Assembly (NCBI GenBank): GCA_010093605.1
Contig: MU004188.1
Span: 871,673-935,672, forward strand
Direction of reading: 5' to 3'
DNA from: Lophium mytilinum
Taxonomy: Eukaryota
DNA: 64,000 nt
Under the pieces are notes generated by a model. It ran no database searches. It worked only from the letters and a program-made list of their open reading frames with translations, and was not told the origin of the DNA. Every line of letters starts with the position of its first letter. Positions within the stretch are counted from its first letter, which is position 1. Positions 23,109 through 37,330 of this stretch are shown piece by piece. A program made the translations under genes and the position numbers.

Positions 23109-23768
23109 AGTGTGACCAGACGAAGGATGGATTACGGCAAGGCGAAACGGGCAAACATGGGACAAAAAGCTTGTACTAGTTGCTGCGGCGGGGATTGGGA
23201 TTGGGCTGACACAGAGAAGGCGAGCAGAATTTAGACGTGCGCGCAGACGGCCATCGATACTCGAAGGGCATCGGTTGAAGGGTTCCAAGTTGGCCTAGAC
23301 GGACGGCTGCGCTTTAGGGCTTGCATCGCCGCTGCGGGGAAGCACGGGACTCGAACAAAGCTGTGGCGAGAAAGCACTGCAAGAGATCCACAGCAGCAGC
23401 CCGTCACTTTATGGGGCTGTCGGGGCGCCACAGCAGCGACGCCGTGAATGCTATTCAACATCGAATACTGAAATCCGATGCCAGTCAGGTGATTATCAGC
23501 CGACCAGCACCCCCCCTGCCAGCCTTGCCAACTGGATGCTATGCAATATCTATCGCGAAGAATAGCCCGAGAGGGTTCAAAGTGACAAGCAAGTGGCTGA
23601 CCCACAAAATCCTTCTAGACTCCAGGAACCCAGGGCTTTTCCCCACACAGGCGCTGCTCACGTTGAACAGAAAGCAGGTCCGTGAATTCATGCCGCACTA
23701 TGCCCATGCGAGCGTCTGCTGGCCATGAAGAAGCAAATCCAACGCCAGCCGGAAATCCAATCACCGTC

Positions 23769-24570
23769 TCAGATAGGCTTGATCTGCACAGAACTTGTAA
23801 GTAAAGTCGGTTTGAGCTGTTTGGAATGAAAAACGCTGTACCTTGAAGTGAAGGGATATCAGAGAGAAAACTAGCGCCTTGAGGTCCTGGACGAGGTAGT
23901 AGAACACACGGAGACCCTCTGGGTCCTGGGATTCGGTCACGTCGACAAGCGATCCGATCTTCGCGGTCTGTTGAGCGCGTTAGCCTGTTCCCCTGGTGGC
24001 CTGTTGCGGGATACTGAGGGATTTAGTACCTCAAACGAGATGTGCTCATTGCCGAGTCGGATCTCAAGCTCCTGGCGGCCGTCCTTGTTCTTCTGTGGCC
24101 ATTTGGTGTCGTCTTCCCTTGGGAACACATGAGCACTGTGAATTCTAATGGACTAGGGCACCTACTTCATGATTTCGCTATCCTTGATGATCTTCTTGAT
24201 CTCTGCAATCATGAGAGAGCTCACGCACACTGGGGAAATGTTTAGTCAATACGCGCGAATGGGCAATATGCGAGAAGTCACGTACTCTCTTTTCGGATCA
24301 GCGAGTCGTTTCGGTAGTTCGAGTTGTTCGCATATCGGGCTGAGGCGCTGCGTCCATCGCCCAGAGCTCTGAAATCGAATTCTGAATAGAAATTAGAACC
24401 TAGCCTTTGAAAACGTTTTGCTGTCTGAATCTTGACATACCAAGAAACTCATGACCGAATCTCCCAGAGTGACCAGAACTGTTCACCACCGCGTTAGCTA
24501 GGATGTTGGAAATAGGCTGTTTTGATACTGACTAGTATCGCACGTAGAAGGGCTCACTTGAGGCGGCCAT
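23769..24570 (-). CDS. mago: Mago nashi (exon junction complex)
   Basis: Seven exons encoding [43 protein letters not shown] and LISLHFKIKPI*. Confidence 0.96.
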
Positions 24571-24978
24571 GACGTGCAGAGCGTGTGGAGACCCAAATAG
24601 CCTGCGGTAGATGGTCTGCAGCGGTGGGTTGATGTTGTGGTTGGTGTGGCTCTGAAGAAGTCGTCGGCGGTGAGTTCTAAGTCTAGCCGAATGCCAAGAC
24701 CACTTTCTCGCAAGAAGAGAACACCTGGTGTTGATGATGCCCGCTGCCCAATGCAAGCTCCCTGCGACCCCAGAACTGCCCACGCCTCGGTCGCCTTCCT
24801 CAGAACTTTGGACAGGCTTCTTTGAGGTTCTTGATCTATCGCCATCTCTCCTCCGCCCCGCCACACGCCCCTCGTAATTCGACCCCCGACGCGCAACAGC
24901 CCACTTCAGCGCTGGAACAGCAGGGGAATTGACGGCTCGCGGCCGAGCACCAAGCCAGCGCCATTGGAGTAGCCCACC

Positions 24979-27900
24979 ATGTCTACCTATTTGGACTACA
25001 CGTATAGTCTGGTGCACCAGGACAATTCCAGCGACATTCCGGACACAAATGCTCTCAAGCAAGCGCTCGAGAAGGGAAATGTAGGACACACTCTAGTTTA
25101 CAATAAGATTCTTCGACTACTGGACGGGGAACTACTTTGGGCGAGATCTACTACCACCGCAGTACTAACAGCTTCAAGGATGAGTCCAAAATCGAGACCA
25201 TGAAGAGGATTCTCTCCATAATGTACGCCCTGCCCCTCGTTCCCCTGCTCTTGGCCTCGACTTACCTATGAATCCCACAGGCTCAACGGCGATCCACAGC
25301 CCGGTCTGCTCATGCATGTATGTATCAAATCCAGCCCCAAAAAGGTCCCCTCTAACTCTTCACAGATCATTCGTTTTGTAATGCCCTCGAAGTCCAAGCC
25401 ACTGTGCGTTCACCGCCCCTCAACCCGATTCGAACACCCACTGACAGCGGATTCAGCAAAAAACTGCTATACTTCTTCCTTGAAGTCTCGCCAAAACATG
25501 ACAACCAAGGGAAATTGAGGCAGGAGTGGATTTTGGTTTGCAATGCTGTAAGACGCATCGCACTTGCCGAACGCGGCGCATAGTGGCTGATTGTCTATAG
25601 ATTCGCTTTGATTTGCAGCATGCCAACGAATATGTTCGGGGAAACACATTACGCTTTGTGTGCAAGTTGCGGGATGCTGAGCTCGTCGAACCTCTGCTCC
25701 AGCCGACGAGGTATGTACTATCACAATAGTACAGCGGATAACATAAGGGAAGGCTAATTGTCGCGCAGGCAATGTCTACAACATCGTCACGCCTACGTGA
25801 GAAAGAATGCGGTGTTTGCTGTGGCAGCGATATATACGTATTTGGAGAGTCTAATGCCGGATGCCCCCGACATACTCCTCACGTTCTTGGAAGAGGAGAA
25901 TGACCACACCTGCAAGCGAAACGCCTTTGCAGCTCTTGTAGGCTCTGCAGTCCACTTATCATTGGTGTAACTTTTCTAATTGTTTCCAGGCTACTATCAG
26001 CCCCGAAAAGGCTTTGGAGTATCTCAGCAGCGTTTTCGACTCGATTGCAAACCATGGTAAAGAAAAGCTCAATCCGCTGTGCTATGGCGTGGGCTGACCA
26101 TTCGCAGATGAACTGTTACAGCTAGAGGAACTCTTGTTCATTCGGAGAGATGCGGCAGCACATCCAGAGAATAAGGTACTTCGCCATACTCAGCCTCTTG
26201 AACTGGTCCTATTCTAATCTCTACCTTTAGGCCCGCTATCTACGGCTAATTTTCGATCTTCTAGAGTCCAGCGCCGGCACAGTTGTTTACGAAGCGGCCT
26301 CTGCTTTGACAGCACTGACGAACAACCCTGTGGCTGTAAAAGCCGCAGCGGCTAAATTCGTCGACTTGGCCATCCGCGAGACTGACAACAACGTGAAGCT
26401 TATTGTTCTCGACCGAGTAGACCAGCTTCGGAAAAAGAACGACTCGATCTTGGAAGACCTGACCATGGAAATCTTGCGCGTTCTGTCGAGTCCGGATCTG
26501 GATGTTCGGAAAAAGGCACTGGACATCGCTCTTGAACTCGTCACGTCAAAGAATGTGGAGGAGGTGGTCCTGCTACTAAAGAAAGAACTCAGCAAGACAG
26601 TCGACGAACAATACGACAAAACATCAGAGTGTGAGTTTCAGGCCCCAGCCCAAACCTATGCTCGAATATGACAATAAAAACTGACGTAATTAGACCGGGC
26701 ACTGTTAATCAATGCAATCCACCAATCTGCAATCAAACACCCAGAGGTTGCTGCCAGCGTGGTTGGAAGCCTCATGGACTTCATCTCGGATGTTAGCTCG
26801 GGCACATCTGCCGTGGACGTCATCTCTTTTGTGAAAGAAGTGACTGAGAAATTCCCCGCTCTCAGGCCTTCGATCATAGAGCGACTTGTCTCTACCCTGA
26901 GCGAGGTCAGGGCAGGCAAAGTCTACCGCGGTGTCTTGTGGATCATTGGAGAGTTTTCTCTCGAGCCAAAAGACATCAGGGACGCTTGGAAAGGCATCAG
27001 GCAAAGCTTGGGAGAAATCCCAATATTGGCATCTGAACAACGACTGCTTGAGGAGCCCCTCGAAGCGGCGGAGCTCAACGGTCATGCTACGAAGTCCACA
27101 GCTGCTCCCTCGGGATCCCGTAAGGTTCTCGCCGACGGAACGTACGCTACTGAAAGTGCCCTTACTTCTGGCGAGAAATCAAGGTTGGAACTGGTCAAGA
27201 ACTCCCAGAAGCCGCCATTACGACAGCTCATTCTCGACGGGGACTTCTACCTTGCTTCTGTTCTCTCTAGCACATTGACAAAACTGGTCATGAGGCACTC
27301 GGAAATCTCAAAGGACGTCGCACGTACCAATGCTCTCCGTGCTGAGGCTATGCTGATCATGATCTCGTAAGTAGTCTGACCGAATTTGAAATTTATGAAA
27401 GTTATTGGACACTAACTATTCACAGTATCATCCGTGTCGGACAGTCTCAGTTTGTCAAAATCCCCATTGATGAAGACTCCGTTGACAGAGTACTTTCCTG
27501 CGTTCGTTCTCTATCTGAATTTGCTCAACGGAAGGAACTCGAAAACGTCTTCCTCGAAGACACTCGGAAGTCGTTCAAGCAGATGGTTCTGGCGGAGGAG
27601 AAGAAACGAAAAGAGAAGGAAGACTCCGAGAAGGCGAAGTCCGCAGTCCAGATCGATGATGTCTTCACCATCCGGCAATTGAAGAAGAAGGACGTCGATG
27701 GAGATGAGCTCGAGCTAGATCTGGAGAAGGCAACTGGCGGTGATGTTGGCTCCGAAGACCTTTCATCGAAGCTCAGCAAGGTCGTCCAGCTTACTGGGTT
27801 CTCGGATCCCGTCTATGCGGAAGCCTACATCAACGTTCACCAGTTCGACATTGTTCTCGATGTCCTCCTAGTTAACCAGACCACGGAAACTCTTCAGAAT

Positions 27901-28534
27901 CTCACGGTTGAATTTGCCACACTCGGAGACCTCAAAGTGGTAGAACGACCGACTACCCAGAACGTCGGACCGCACGACTTTATCAATCTCCAGGCCACGA
28001 TCAAAGTGTCATCAACAGACACCGGTGTTATATTCGGCAACGTCATCTACGAGGGCGAGAAAGGCGTGGATTCTAATGTGGTAATCTTGAATGATGTCCA
28101 TGTTGATATCATGGACTACATACAACCTGCATACTGCACCGAGACGCAGTTCCGAACCATGTGGACCGAGTTCGAGTGGGAAAACAAAGTCAATATCAAC
28201 TCCAAGGCGAAGTCGCTGAGGGAGTTCTTGAAGCAGCTCATGTCCTGCACAAACATGAGCTGTCTTACTCCGGAAGCCTCGATGAAGGGGGATTGCCAGT
28301 TCTTATCCGCTAACTTGTATGCGCGGAGCGTTTTCGGTAAGTGATGGTCCAAATGGGAACAAGGAGAAAGCAGCTAACACGCGACCAGGGGAGGATGCGT
28401 TAGCCAATCTCAGCATCGAGAAAGAGAGCGAGGACGGACCTGTAACCGGCTTCGTGCGTATTCGGAGTCGATCTCAGGGTCTGGCGCTCAGTCTTGGATC
28501 GCTGAAGGGGTTGAACAAGGTTGGCTCGACATGA
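24979..28534 (+). CDS. SEC26: Coatomer subunit beta
   Basis: [66 protein letters not shown]. Twelve introns traced in frame. Confidence 0.96.
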
Positions 28535-29188
28535 TGATGTATGGGACTGGAAGCGGATTCGACATGTTAGACGCCCCGAGGGACCCCCGGCACGTGAGAA
28601 GAAAACGACATGATGATGTCTCAGGAGGTCAGCGCCGTGTTTGGGAATTTGGAGCCCACAGTGGCATCACGCGGGCGCAGTGGTAGTGTCTGTAATGCTC
28701 ACATAGCGGGGAAGGGGCTATGAAAAGTCATAGGGGTAGTCTAGCGGCATTCACGAAGCATTGTAGCAATCACAAACTCACAACCTCACACACCTTCCTA
28801 GTTCATGTCTGTATTATGAGATGACTATTTTCTGACCAGTGGTATCAAGAGGGGGTGGCAAGTTGGGAGAGGGGCAGAAGGGACCTCCCTATGTAGGACG
28901 GTATTGAAGTATGCCGTCCATACTGCAGTGCAGCATTTGGGTTACATCCCCAGCTTGCGCGGTCGCCATGGATGTCCAGCTGATGCATACTGGCTTGCTG
29001 GCCTCCAGCACTCGGATGTATTGCTTTGTTCGTGCAGCGATCTCCGATGCTCGCTACGTTTACCTAGGTCCGCCAGGCACCTGCTCAAGCTTGCCGCTGA
29101 CAGTGACGACGAACCTCCAACTCCGGATGTACCGCGGCGAAGCTCTTTTCTTCCCCCCAACGATGACTATTGCTTCCACCCTACCATC

Positions 29189-30832
29189 ATGACATCGGAA
29201 TCTGGCAGCGAAGGCGATCCGTTTAAGGACCCGTCGGTGGCGGACGTGCAGGCGCCCCAGCTCGGAGATATCCCCGTGGGCGCAACCCTCCCTGTCGGCA
29301 GAAGTGCCTCTCTCACTCTGGGCACCGACTCGCTGATAGTTCTTGGTACGAGCCTAGTAATCGCACTGCATGCCAGGAACTAACAGTCGCTCACAGACGA
29401 GGACTTTGGAGAAAGCAAGAGCGCCGCTAACTGCTGCGGTCTCCTCCCAAACAGTTCGTGAATGACCCGCCAGCTTCCGCCCCAGAACGACGACTAATCC
29501 CTAAATCCTACAGAAAATAAGACCACACGGTCCATACCTTTCTACAACATCCTCTGGGCGGAGCTGTCGGAATCAGAAATCACCATACGCTATGCCCGCA
29601 CCGTATCGAAGGAGACCGTCCGGGTCGCCTACATCAACTACACAATGGAGAAGACCGATCGCGCTTTCGTAGATGCATGGATCGAAAGGCTGCTTGACCG
29701 AGCGTACGGCGCATCCCAGAGACAGAAGCGCATGAAACTACTGGTCAATCCCTTTGGCGGCCAGGGTTCCGCCCAGAAACTCTACGTTCGAGACATCGAG
29801 CCCATACTCGCGGCAGCGCGTTGCGAAATCGACGTGGAACGGACAAAGTACAGTGGCCACGCTGTGGAAATAGCGAGGGACCTTGACACAGACGCCTTCG
29901 ATGTGATCGCCTGCTGCTCCGGCGACGGCGTCCCCCACGAGGTCTTCAACGGACTCGCAAAGAAGAAAGATGCCGCGCGAGCACTCACAAAACTTGCCGT
30001 CGTCAATCTCCCCTGCGGCTCGGGCAACGCCATGAGCTGGAACCTCAACGGCACCGGTAGCCCCAGCCTCGCTGCTCTCGCGGTTGTCAAAGGTCTCCGC
30101 ACGCCGCTCGACCTAATCTCCATCACCCAAGGCGACCGCCGCACCCTCTCCTTCCTCTCCCAAGCCGTCGGCATCGTCGCCGAAAGCGACCTAGGCACCG
30201 AGAACCTCCGCTGGCTCGGAAGCGTGCGCTTCACGTACGGCTTCCTCGTGCGCCTGCTAGGCAAAACCGTCTACCCGGCCGACATCGCCGTGAAGCTCGA
30301 GGTCGACGACAAAGTCGCCATCCGCAACGCCTACAAAGCCGAATCGGAGAGGCCGCCCCCGACCCACGACTCCCGCCCCATTCCCTCGCCCACGGATGGT
30401 CTCCCGGCCCTCAAATATGGTACCGCCACCGACCCCTTACCCGCCGACTGGCAGCTCGTTCCCCACGACAACCTAGGTAACTTCTACGCCGGGAACATGG
30501 CCTACATGTCACCGGACGCCAATTTCTTCTCCGCTGCATTGCCCTCCGACGGGTGCATGGACCTCGTGCGTATTGCGGGTGACATACCCCGCAAAGCCGC
30601 AGTACAATCACTTCTTGCCGTGGAGAGCGGGGCCTTCTACAGTATGCCGCTCGTCCACTATGCGAAAGTCTCGGCGTATCGGATCGTCCCCAAGAACCAG
30701 GCGCACGGGTATGTCAGTATAGATGGCGAGCGGATCCCCTTCGAGCCATTTCAAGCCGAGGTGCATCGGGGGCTGGGGACGGTGCTGAGTCGGACGGGGC
30801 ATATGTACGAGGCGGAGGGGCCGCGGTTGTAA
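29189..30832 (+). CDS. Sphingoid long-chain base kinase (LCB4/LCB5 family)
   Basis: DAGK-type motifs NPFGG, SGDGVPHEVFNG, PCGSGNA, IDGE. Two introns near the 5' end. Confidence 0.92.
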
Positions 30833-31361
30833 ATATAGGAGGCACCGGGGTCATGAGAGTGAAAAGAAGGAGGTTACGAAGCATTGGCGAGGAAAAGGAA
30901 AGCTCGGCATTGCTAGTCGCGTGTCAGGAAGCTAGAGTTCTGGGTAGTCCTTTTGTGCTTTTCCGGCGTTCCTAGGGGATGATGGAGGATAGGGGGGTTC
31001 GCGGTATGCATTGTTTTTTCATTTTTCATTATTTTCGTCAGAAAGAGGCATTTCATGCAGATCTGTACTTCTGTGTGATGTTAGAACTATACCCAGCCAG
31101 CTGTGGAAAGTCAATGTCAATGTCTACTTTTCAATTCAACTCATCGTGTCTAATTACTTCAGCCTCACGTGAGTGAGTCATATCGTATACTACGTCAGGT
31201 GAATGACCTGTGCCCCCTAACCCCGCTGGCGGCTATTTGCTTAGACGCAGCTATGCACAGACAAACGTAGATACCCGCCTATAACCATACACCTCTTGAA
31301 CCCTCCTCTGCCTCTGACAATAAAGTAATCATAACTTTATCGGACTCCCAATTATTCAATC

Positions 31362-31451
31362 AGCTGAGTGGGAAAGAGGAATTCCGCTGGGCTCATATAC
31401 AACCGCATATATGGCACCCAGAGATCCCCGGATCGAAACCGGGCTCAGCTA
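31362..31451 (+). tRNA. Initiator tRNA-Met(CAT) with an 18-nt intron (31398-31415)
   Basis: Acceptor stem AGCTGAG/CTCAGCT (A1-U72), D stem GGAA/TTCC, anticodon stem CTGGG/CCCAG, CAT at 31394-31396, T loop ATCGAAA (A54/A60). 72 nt after splicing; T-runs follow downstream. Confidence 0.93.
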
Positions 31452-31565
31452 GCTAAGTCTTTTCTTTTTGCGCTTTCTTTTGCGCTCATTTGCAGTGGGT
31501 GACTAAGGAAATTCACTATTGAAGGGGGTTGATTGGGGGCTCGTGGGACGGAATGTTCGGACCGG

Positions 31566-31575
31566 NNNNNNNNNN

Positions 31576-31619
<44 letters not shown>
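31566..31619. other. Assembly gap (10 N) followed by a poly-G run
   Basis: Seen directly in the sequence. Confidence 0.95.
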
Positions 31620-31809
31620 CGTGAGTCACAGAAAGGGGCTGGGGATATTGGAGGCACCTGGAGGTACGGGGGGTGAATGTTTCTTTTGAAGGTTAGAGGG
31701 AAGGGGATTTTAGAACCAGCATTGGTTGCGATGGTGTTTAACATGTGTGAATCAAAGAGTTGTTTGCAATTGCAAGTTCCAACTCACAGGAGCCAACAGT
31801 CGGTCCCTG

Positions 31810-32135
31810 TCAGAGTGTGCTGCAATAACATGCCAAAAACGACTCCAAATCGCATGGACTGGCTCCACTTCATACATCTTACAGCACCCAAACTGAGCTA
31901 AATCCTATGCTCTGATTTAGGATGCAAGGCAATAACATGCCCAAATCGCCTCCAAATCGCACCGACTGGCTCCACTTCATCCATCTCCCATCACCCAAGT
32001 TTACCTTATTCTTAGGATCTGATTTAGAGTGCGATGCAATAGTATGCCAAAATCGACTTCAAATTGCACGGACTGGCTCCACTTTATACATCTTATAGCA
32101 CCAAGGTCATCCCCTTTTCTATGATCTGATTTAGG
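31810..32135. repeat. Three diverged tandem copies of a 107-bp unit
   Basis: GCAATA..ATGCC at 31822, 31929 and 32036. Each unit carries GACTGGCTCCACTT and TCTGATTTAG. Confidence 0.9.
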
Positions 32136-32358
32136 GCGTCCGCAAGATCATTCTCGTTAGCATGTGTTATCTTCAAGGGCACGAGTATACGGCTGCAGTG
32201 TGAACATAGTGTGAAGGATGCATAAGAAGTCTGTCATAGGCATCTAGTGCTTAGAAAAGATGCTACCCAAGCACAGCGGATAATAACAACAGATATACAC
32301 ACCGAGATCCGTTCACCTCGATCGTTCGCCACTCTTTTATCAAACATAACATGCCGCT

Positions 32359-33915
32359 CTACTTCGACTCGAAACTATACCTCAGCCACTCGCCCACGGC
32401 CCTCAAACTCTCCCACCTCACCGTCTCATCCGCCTCCTGCATGAGCTCCATCACCCTACCCTTGAGCCCTAGCTTCTCGAGCATAGCCCTCTTCTCCGGT
32501 ACTTCCTTGACTAGACAGGCAACGTCGTTGCAACCAATAGCGAGGACCTGCTTGTCGCTTTCCCATTTTTTCGACAAGATTTCTGCGAGCTTGCGGGGTA
32601 GCTCGCCCTTGTTCTCTTCGAGGATGCGGCGCGCATTGTCTGCCCAGAAGGTCGGGTTGCGGTGGGGCGGGCTCCAGCGGAGGTGGCCAGAGCGCAATTC
32701 GGCGGCATACTCGTCAAACGTGGTTTGCGTTTTGGTGTAGTCGTCTAGCATGTCGATAAGGGACTTGAGGTCTTCGGCGGCGTCGGGGTCGCTGAGGTGG
32801 CGCCCTTGGATGTTTGTGAGGAGAGCGGGGAGGCGGGCGAGAACGGCGGCGGGGAGCAAATTGCGTTGGTTCGAGCTGAGGAGGTTGCTCAGGGTTGAGA
32901 GGAGTAGCCGGGTAGTCTTTTCTTTGGGGGACAGGCGGAGGAGCTGAACGTAGAGGATTATGATGTCGTGTTCGCTGGGTTGGCTGTTAGTGGAGCTATA
33001 GAGGTAGAGGTAGGAGACAGAGGTACGTACTCGTGCAATCCGTCTCCAACAAGAGTACCCTCGAAGCTGAGCTGCCAGACCACAAGCAGAACGTGGTATA
33101 GAAGCTGCAAGCCGACTCCACCAGCGAGACCGCCTTCAGGGGCGCTTCGGACGCTTGCTCCACCGCTCCATAACGTGGAGTCTGTGTCCTTCCCCGCGCC
33201 GGCTGCCGCACGTAGAATGTCGATGAGCGGGTTCAGAGTTTCCTCCCTCTGTTTCCAGAAGATCTCCCGTGACTTCTTCGTGCGGAGGACCACTGAGTAT
33301 TCCTGGACCGCGATATCTTGAAGACCTGCATCGGAGCTCTTAGCGAGTGCTGAGAGATAGCTATATAGTTTAGGCAACGCTTCATCTATTTGGGTGGTGT
33401 CCTTCGACGGTAGCGTGAGAGCATAGCCTAGTAGACTGGCAAGAACAGCGGAGGTTAGTAGCGGCAATGCGTCTTCTGGATTCGTTGAGGCCTTGAGGAG
33501 AGGTAGGAAAGGCTGGAAAGGCGCGGGGTGCTTTGCAAGAGTCGCAGTAAAACTTGGGATATCTAGGGCCAATATGAGCAATGACCTACACAATAAGCTG
33601 TATACCGCATGTCTACATACCGTCAATTATATCGCCTGTTAATACCAGCATATACTGGATGATATCTGGCCGTTTTGCAGCGGCTTCAAAGATGCTAGGT
33701 GAACCGGGACTACCCAGCAACAGCGAGCAGAAGCTGTCAATGTCTCCCTCTATTGTCTGTTTCCGCTGCTCCTTCCGCACCTTATCAATTGACTTAATCT
33801 TCTTGAGGTCTGCATCGGTAATCGTCTTGGCCCGCACTGCGCCCTCCCATGATATGGGCCTAGCCCGGATGTTGTTCTGGAGCGAGAGGATATAGGTGGG
33901 CGGGTCTAGCGACAT
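32359..33915 (-). CDS. VMA13: V-ATPase subunit H
   Basis: LQNNIRARPISWEG, GLQLLYHVLLVVWQLSF, KEKTTR, TTFDEY..EL.SGHLRWSPPH. Two introns. Confidence 0.95.
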
Positions 33916-34225
33916 GATGATATCGGGCGAGAAGTCTGATATGCGGGTTGGGTGTCCAGGAGAGCTGTCACGGCGTTGGAGAGTGCGGGCGAGCTCTTTG
34001 CTTCTTCGAGGCCCGATATGCGATGTGCTGGGGGAGCTCAAGCTGAGCTGCCGTCACTGGAGCGAGCTAGGGTGTTTGCAGTGTTTGCACTCTGTCTTGG
34101 CGCGCTTACCGTGAAAGTGAAATTCTCCAGACAGCACTCCACCACGAACTACGTCTTAGAGCGCCTCAATCTCTCAACGCAGGATCTAGTAGACAAAGAG
34201 GCGTATCTTGCTATACTCAGTCAAG

Positions 34226-37200
34226 ATGACCAGCCTCAAGAGGTCCACGGCCTTGGATCCGTCCACAAACCTCTCAAGCAAGGTCTATGTGCGATCCACG
34301 CGTAGTGGCAAGGTGCAGAAGATTGTCAGAGAGCTCTATCTACGGCAGGATATCCCATGCTCCTCAAGACTGTGCTCACAATGCTTGAAAATTGCGCCGA
34401 CAGACTACAGTAACAAGGGTAACAACGTTTCTAAATATTGCTGGAACATCAACTAAAACAATATCAGTGGCCGCGTTCGTACTATCAGAAACACCCGCCG
34501 GCACAAAGGCCTTCCCGAATGGTCACTATCTGGTCCCTGACACGAATGCTTTCCTCACTGGTATGGACCTTTTTGAGGTTGAGACGGCCTTCCATGACGT
34601 GATTGTATTGCAAACCGTTCTTGAAGAGGTCAAGAACCGCTCGCTACCTCTCTATCACCGCTTGATCAGTCTGACTAAGAACGAAGATAAGCGCTTCTTT
34701 GTGTTTTTCAACGAATTTCGTCTCGAGACTCACGTGGGACGGGATCGAGGTGAGAGCATCAACGACCGCAACGATAAAGCGGTCCGACGAGCAGTCCAAT
34801 GGTATGGCGAACACCTTCAAGAGGCGATGCGAGCACGGAAGTCTGCCAGATGCCCCACCGTTGTCATGATCAGTGACGATAAAGAGAACCTGCGGAAAGC
34901 GAAAGTAGAGAAGATCCCAGCACTCACATGTCAGTCAACACCATCCCTTACAAAAATTATTACTAAACTATAAATAGTGACCGACTATGTCTCCGGTCTA
35001 GAGAACGCGGAGCAACTATTAGACATGGTTAGCGCGGGCAAGGAGCAACGTGAAGTCAAGTCCGGAAAAGTTGAGCTAATCTATCCCGAGGTAAGTGATT
35101 AAGTCGAATGGCTATGGTGTCGTTTTCTAATTTCATACAGTACTACTCCATGTCAAAGATGATCACAGGCGTAAAAGCAGGCACAATGCATCAGGGAACA
35201 TTCAACGTTTCACCGTATAATTATCTCGAGGGATCGGTCCACGTACCAGCTTTCGACAAACCACTGATAATCCTAGGTCGAGAAAATAGCAATCGCGCTG
35301 TTTCTGGTGATATTGCCGTCGTCGAAATTCTTCCAAAGGACCAATGGAAAGCACCCTCTACCACTATTATCGAGGAAGAAACTCTCAACAAGAACGACAA
35401 TGCTGACGAAGATGATGGCGAGACCGTGATCTCTGAGCGAGAGAGACGAGCTCTACAGGAAGAAGTCAAGAGGGTTCATGGTCAGTCTACCGAAGGGAGA
35501 CCACAACCGACTGCTCGAGTTGTGGGGATCATCAAGCGTAATTGGAGGCAGTATGTTGGCCATATCGACAAGGACTCTATCCGATCTACTTCGAAAGCTA
35601 GCCGGAGCCAGCAGACAGTCTTCCTTATTCCCATGGACAAGAAGATACCCAAGATACGGATTCGGACACGTCAGGCCGGCGAATTGGTCGGAAAGAGGGT
35701 GCTTGTGACCATCGACGCATGGGATAGGGACTCACGGTATCCAGTCGGTCATTTTGTTCGCTCTCTAGGAGAGTTGGAGTCTAAAGGAGCCGAAACAGAG
35801 GCATTATTGCTGGAATACGACGTCCAATACCGGCCCTTCCCGAAGACTGTGCTTGACTGTCTGCCAGACGAAGGTCACGACTGGAAAGTCCCTGCAAATC
35901 TCGATGATCCGGGCTGGAGAGGTCGCAAGGATCTACGGGATTTGCTTATCTGTAGTATTGACCCTCCTGGCTGTGTTGACATTGATGATGCGCTTCATGC
36001 CACCGCGCTGCCGAATGGAAACTACCACGTCGGCGTCCACATTGCTGATGTGTCGCATTTCGTCAAGCCAAACAATGCTATGGACAAGGAGGCTAGCATG
36101 AGAGGTACCACCGTCTATCTCGTCGACAAGCGGATAGACATGTTGCCCATGCTTCTAGGAACGGATCTTTGTTCCATAAAGCCATACGTTGAGCGGTATG
36201 CTTTTTCTGTTCTGTGGGAAATCACGCCTGATGCGGACATCGTTTCAGCCGAGTTCACCAAATCTGTTATTCGATCTCGAGAGGCTTTCAGCTACGAGCA
36301 AGCGCAATTGCGAATTGACGACAAGTCACACCAAGACGACTTGACCAAGGGCATGAGAACGCTTCTGATGCTCTCCAAGAAGCTAAAACAAAAGCGGATG
36401 GACGCTGGTGCCCTTAACCTCGCAAGCCCAGAAGTGAAGGTGCAAACAGAGTCAGAAACATCAGACCCCGTCGACATCCAAACCAAGAAGCAGCTCGACA
36501 CCAACTCCCTCGTAGAAGAGTTCATGTTGCTAGCCAACATCAGCGTCGCAGGTAAAAACTTCGAAGCATTCCCCCAAACCGCTCTCCTCCGTCGGCACGC
36601 CTCCCCGCCAAAAACCAACTTCGAAGAACTCGCAAACCAGCTCAAAGTCAAACGAGGCATGGAGCTCCGCACAGACAGCTCCAAAGCCCTCGCCGACTCC
36701 CTCGACACCTGCGTCGACCCCCGCGAGCCCTTCTTCAACACCCTCGTCCGCATCCTCGCCACCCGCTGCATGACGGCCGCCGAGTACTTCTGCTCGGGCA
36801 CGCAGGCCTACCCCGAGTTCCGCCACTACGGCCTCGCCAGCGAGATCTATACGCATTTCACCAGCCCGATCCGGCGGTACGCGGATCTCGAGGCGCATCG
36901 GCAGCTCGCGGCGGCGATCGAGTATGAGCAGCTGGATCCGAGTTTGCACAGCAAACCGAAACTCGAGGCTGTGTGCAAGAACATCAACGTCCGCCATCGC
37001 AACGCGCAGTTTGCGGGTCGTGCTAGCGTCGAGTATTACGTTGGGCAGGCGCTAAAGGGGCGAGTGGTGGAGGAGGAGGGGTTTGTGATGAAGCTATTCT
37101 CGAATGGCTTTGTGGTGTTTGCCCCCAGGTTTGGGATTGATAGCACGATTAAGCTGCGGGATCTGGCGACGCCGGAGCCTGAGGCAGACTTCGATATGGA

Positions 37201-37330
37201 GAACTATGTGCTTGCGACGAGTGGATCGAGGCAGGTGAGGGTGGAGCTGTTCCAGAAGGTTCGGGTGAGGATTAGTGATGAGGCGGAGGAGAGCACGGGG
37301 AAGAGGAAGGTTAGGTTTGAGCTGGTGTGA
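34226..37330 (+). CDS. DIS3: Exosome catalytic subunit Dis3/Rrp44
   Basis: CR3 and PIN domains (VPDTN, ESINDRND) and RNB motifs SIDPPGCVDIDDALH and YTHFTSPIRRYAD. Three introns; divergent from VMA13 across 310 bp. Confidence 0.97.

Noticed and set aside
28528..28625. Two GACATGATGATG copies after SEC26 resembling box C
   Set aside because: No D box or guide at a suitable distance.
31445..31744. Poly-proline ORF
   Set aside because: An artefact of the poly-G run and the N gap.
31810..32135. CRISPR-like reading of the 107-bp repeats
   Set aside because: Eukaryotic context, the variable parts are homologous between units, and there are no cas genes.
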